Shown here: positions 62,899 through 64,000 of the stretch, in pieces | How positions within the stretch are numbered: the stretch's first letter is position 1 | Layout of the letters: each line of letters begins with the position of its first letter | From: Basidiobolus meristosporus CBS 931.73 | Lineage: Eukaryota; Fungi; Basidiobolomycota | Length of the DNA stretch: 64,000 nucleotides | Direction: 5' to 3' | NCBI GenBank assembly: GCA_002104905.1 | Contig: MCFE01000209.1 | Coordinates: 63,891 to 127,890, forward strand | Made by a program: the position numbers and the translations under genes | Notes under the pieces: generated by a model | Seen by the model: only the letters and a program-made list of their open reading frames with translations | Told to the model about the DNA's origin: nothing | Databases searched by the model: none

Positions 62899-64000
62899 TT
62901 AGAGTCTGGATTTGGTGGAAGGAAGAGTAGTGATCTCATCGTAGATCAAGGTGGTCAAGAAGTCAGCATAGTCCTCGTTCTTGCCCGACACCTGCCCGGC
63001 CATGTACTTCTTGGCGAGGTCGTACTTGTAGCTGGCATACTTGTTGCCGAGCTGCTTCTTCAGCGAGTCGGTCTCCTCGTTCAGCAGTTGCTGGAGCCAT
63101 TGCTGGGTGACTTGCTTGCCCTCGGCGGTCTTCACCTGGTGCTTGGCCCATTGCCACAATTGGGAGCGAGAGATCTCGGCAGTGGCGGCATCCTCCATGA
63201 GGTTGTGGATGGGGACGCATCCCAAACCACGGAGCCAGGCTTCGGTGTAGGCGAGGCCAACAGAGATGTTGTTGCGGATGCCAGTCTCGGTGATCTTGCC
63301 GCCCTCGATGTTGTTGTTGAGAAGGTCGGCGGCAGAGACCTCGACGTCGTCGCGACGGATGTGGATCTGGTTGGGGGTGGCCATGTGCTCGTTGAAGATT
63401 CCGGTGGCGATCTTGACGAGGTCAGGGTGGGCAACCCAGGTACCGTCGTGGCCAGCCTTCACCTCACGAAGCTTGTCGTTGCGAACCTTTTGCATGGCGG
63501 CCTCGTTGGCTTGCGGGTTGTTCTTGATGGGGATGTTGGCGGCCATGCCTCCCATGGCGTGCACTCCACGCTTGTGGCAGGTCTTGATCAACAAGCGGAC
63601 ATAGGCATCCATGAATGGTGAGGTCATGGTGACATCAGACCGGTCGGGCAAGACGAACTTCTGGTGCTGGCGGAGCTTCTTGATGAAGGAGAAGATGTAG
63701 TCCCAGCGGCCGCAGTTCAGTCCGGAGGAGTGGTCGCGGAGCTCGTAGATGATCTCGTCCATCTCGAAGGAGGCAAGGATGGTCTCGATCAGCACGGTGC
63801 CACGAATGGTCCCGCGAGGGATGCTGAGGATGTCCTGGGCGGCATTGAACACGTCGTTCCAGAGTCTGGCCTCGAGGTGGGACTCCATCTTGGGCAGGTA
63901 GAAGTAGGGTCCGGCCCCGATCTCGATGGACTTGCGGGCGTTGTGGAAGAAGTACAAGGCAAAGTCGAAGATGGACGCTGAGCAAGGCTGGCCGTCGATC
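62899..64000 (-). CDS. MLS1: Second malate synthase copy, 3' two-thirds (5' end beyond the window, ATG expected near 64536)
   Basis: Protein identical to copy 1 over the visible 1102 bp, including the SRL end; 10 synonymous nucleotide differences. Confidence 0.97.
   Translation of the reverse strand, partial: IDGQPCSASIFDFALYFFHNARKSIEIGAGPYFYLPKMESHLEARLWNDVFNAAQDILSIPRGTIRGTVLIETILASFEMDEIIYELRDHSSGLNCGRWDYIFSFIKKLRQHQKFVLPDRSDVTMTSPFMDAYVRLLIKTCHKRGVHAMGGMAANIPIKNNPQANEAAMQKVRNDKLREVKAGHDGTWVAHPDLVKIATGIFNEHMATPNQIHIRRDDVEVSAADLLNNNIEGGKITETGIRNNISVGLAYTEAWLRGLGCVPIHNLMEDAATAEISRSQLWQWAKHQVKTAEGKQVTQQWLQQLLNEETDSLKKQLGNKYASYKYDLAKKYMAGQVSGKNEDYADFLTTLIYDEITTLPSTKSRL

Overview
Fungal genomic DNA. 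Spliceosomal introns, a peroxisomal malate synthase and a Csm1/Pcs1-like gene point to a fungus; an early-diverging lineage is plausible but not provable from the sequence alone. The window has two compartments. (1) About 1-53.4 kb is an almost CpG-free nest of decayed transposons: at least three Ty3/gypsy families, two Ty1/copia families, at least five solo LTRs with target-site duplications (TSDs), CACTA-like transposase remnants, a PIF/Harbinger-group (PHIS) family with ANT TSDs (transposase remnant, a 191-bp MITE and a 731-bp foldback hairpin), and an unexplained ~610-bp tandem repeat. No intact TE ORF set remains. (2) About 54-64 kb is CpG-rich and gene-dense: a DNAJC9-like pseudogene, a Csm1/Pcs1 monopolin-like gene, malate synthase (+), PFS2/WDR33 (-) and a second malate synthase (-) that runs off the window end. 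The most striking observation is that the two malate synthase CDSs form a ~99% identical inverted repeat around PFS2. I counted 10 differences in 1102 bp, all synonymous, and similarity stops a few bases past the stop codon, which suggests gene conversion and a possibly invertible 3.7-kb cassette. Other notable structures are a gypsy element whose second half has been flipped by LTR-LTR recombination and a foldback element whose inner arms are perfectly self-complementary. All coordinates, alignments and counts were made by eye.
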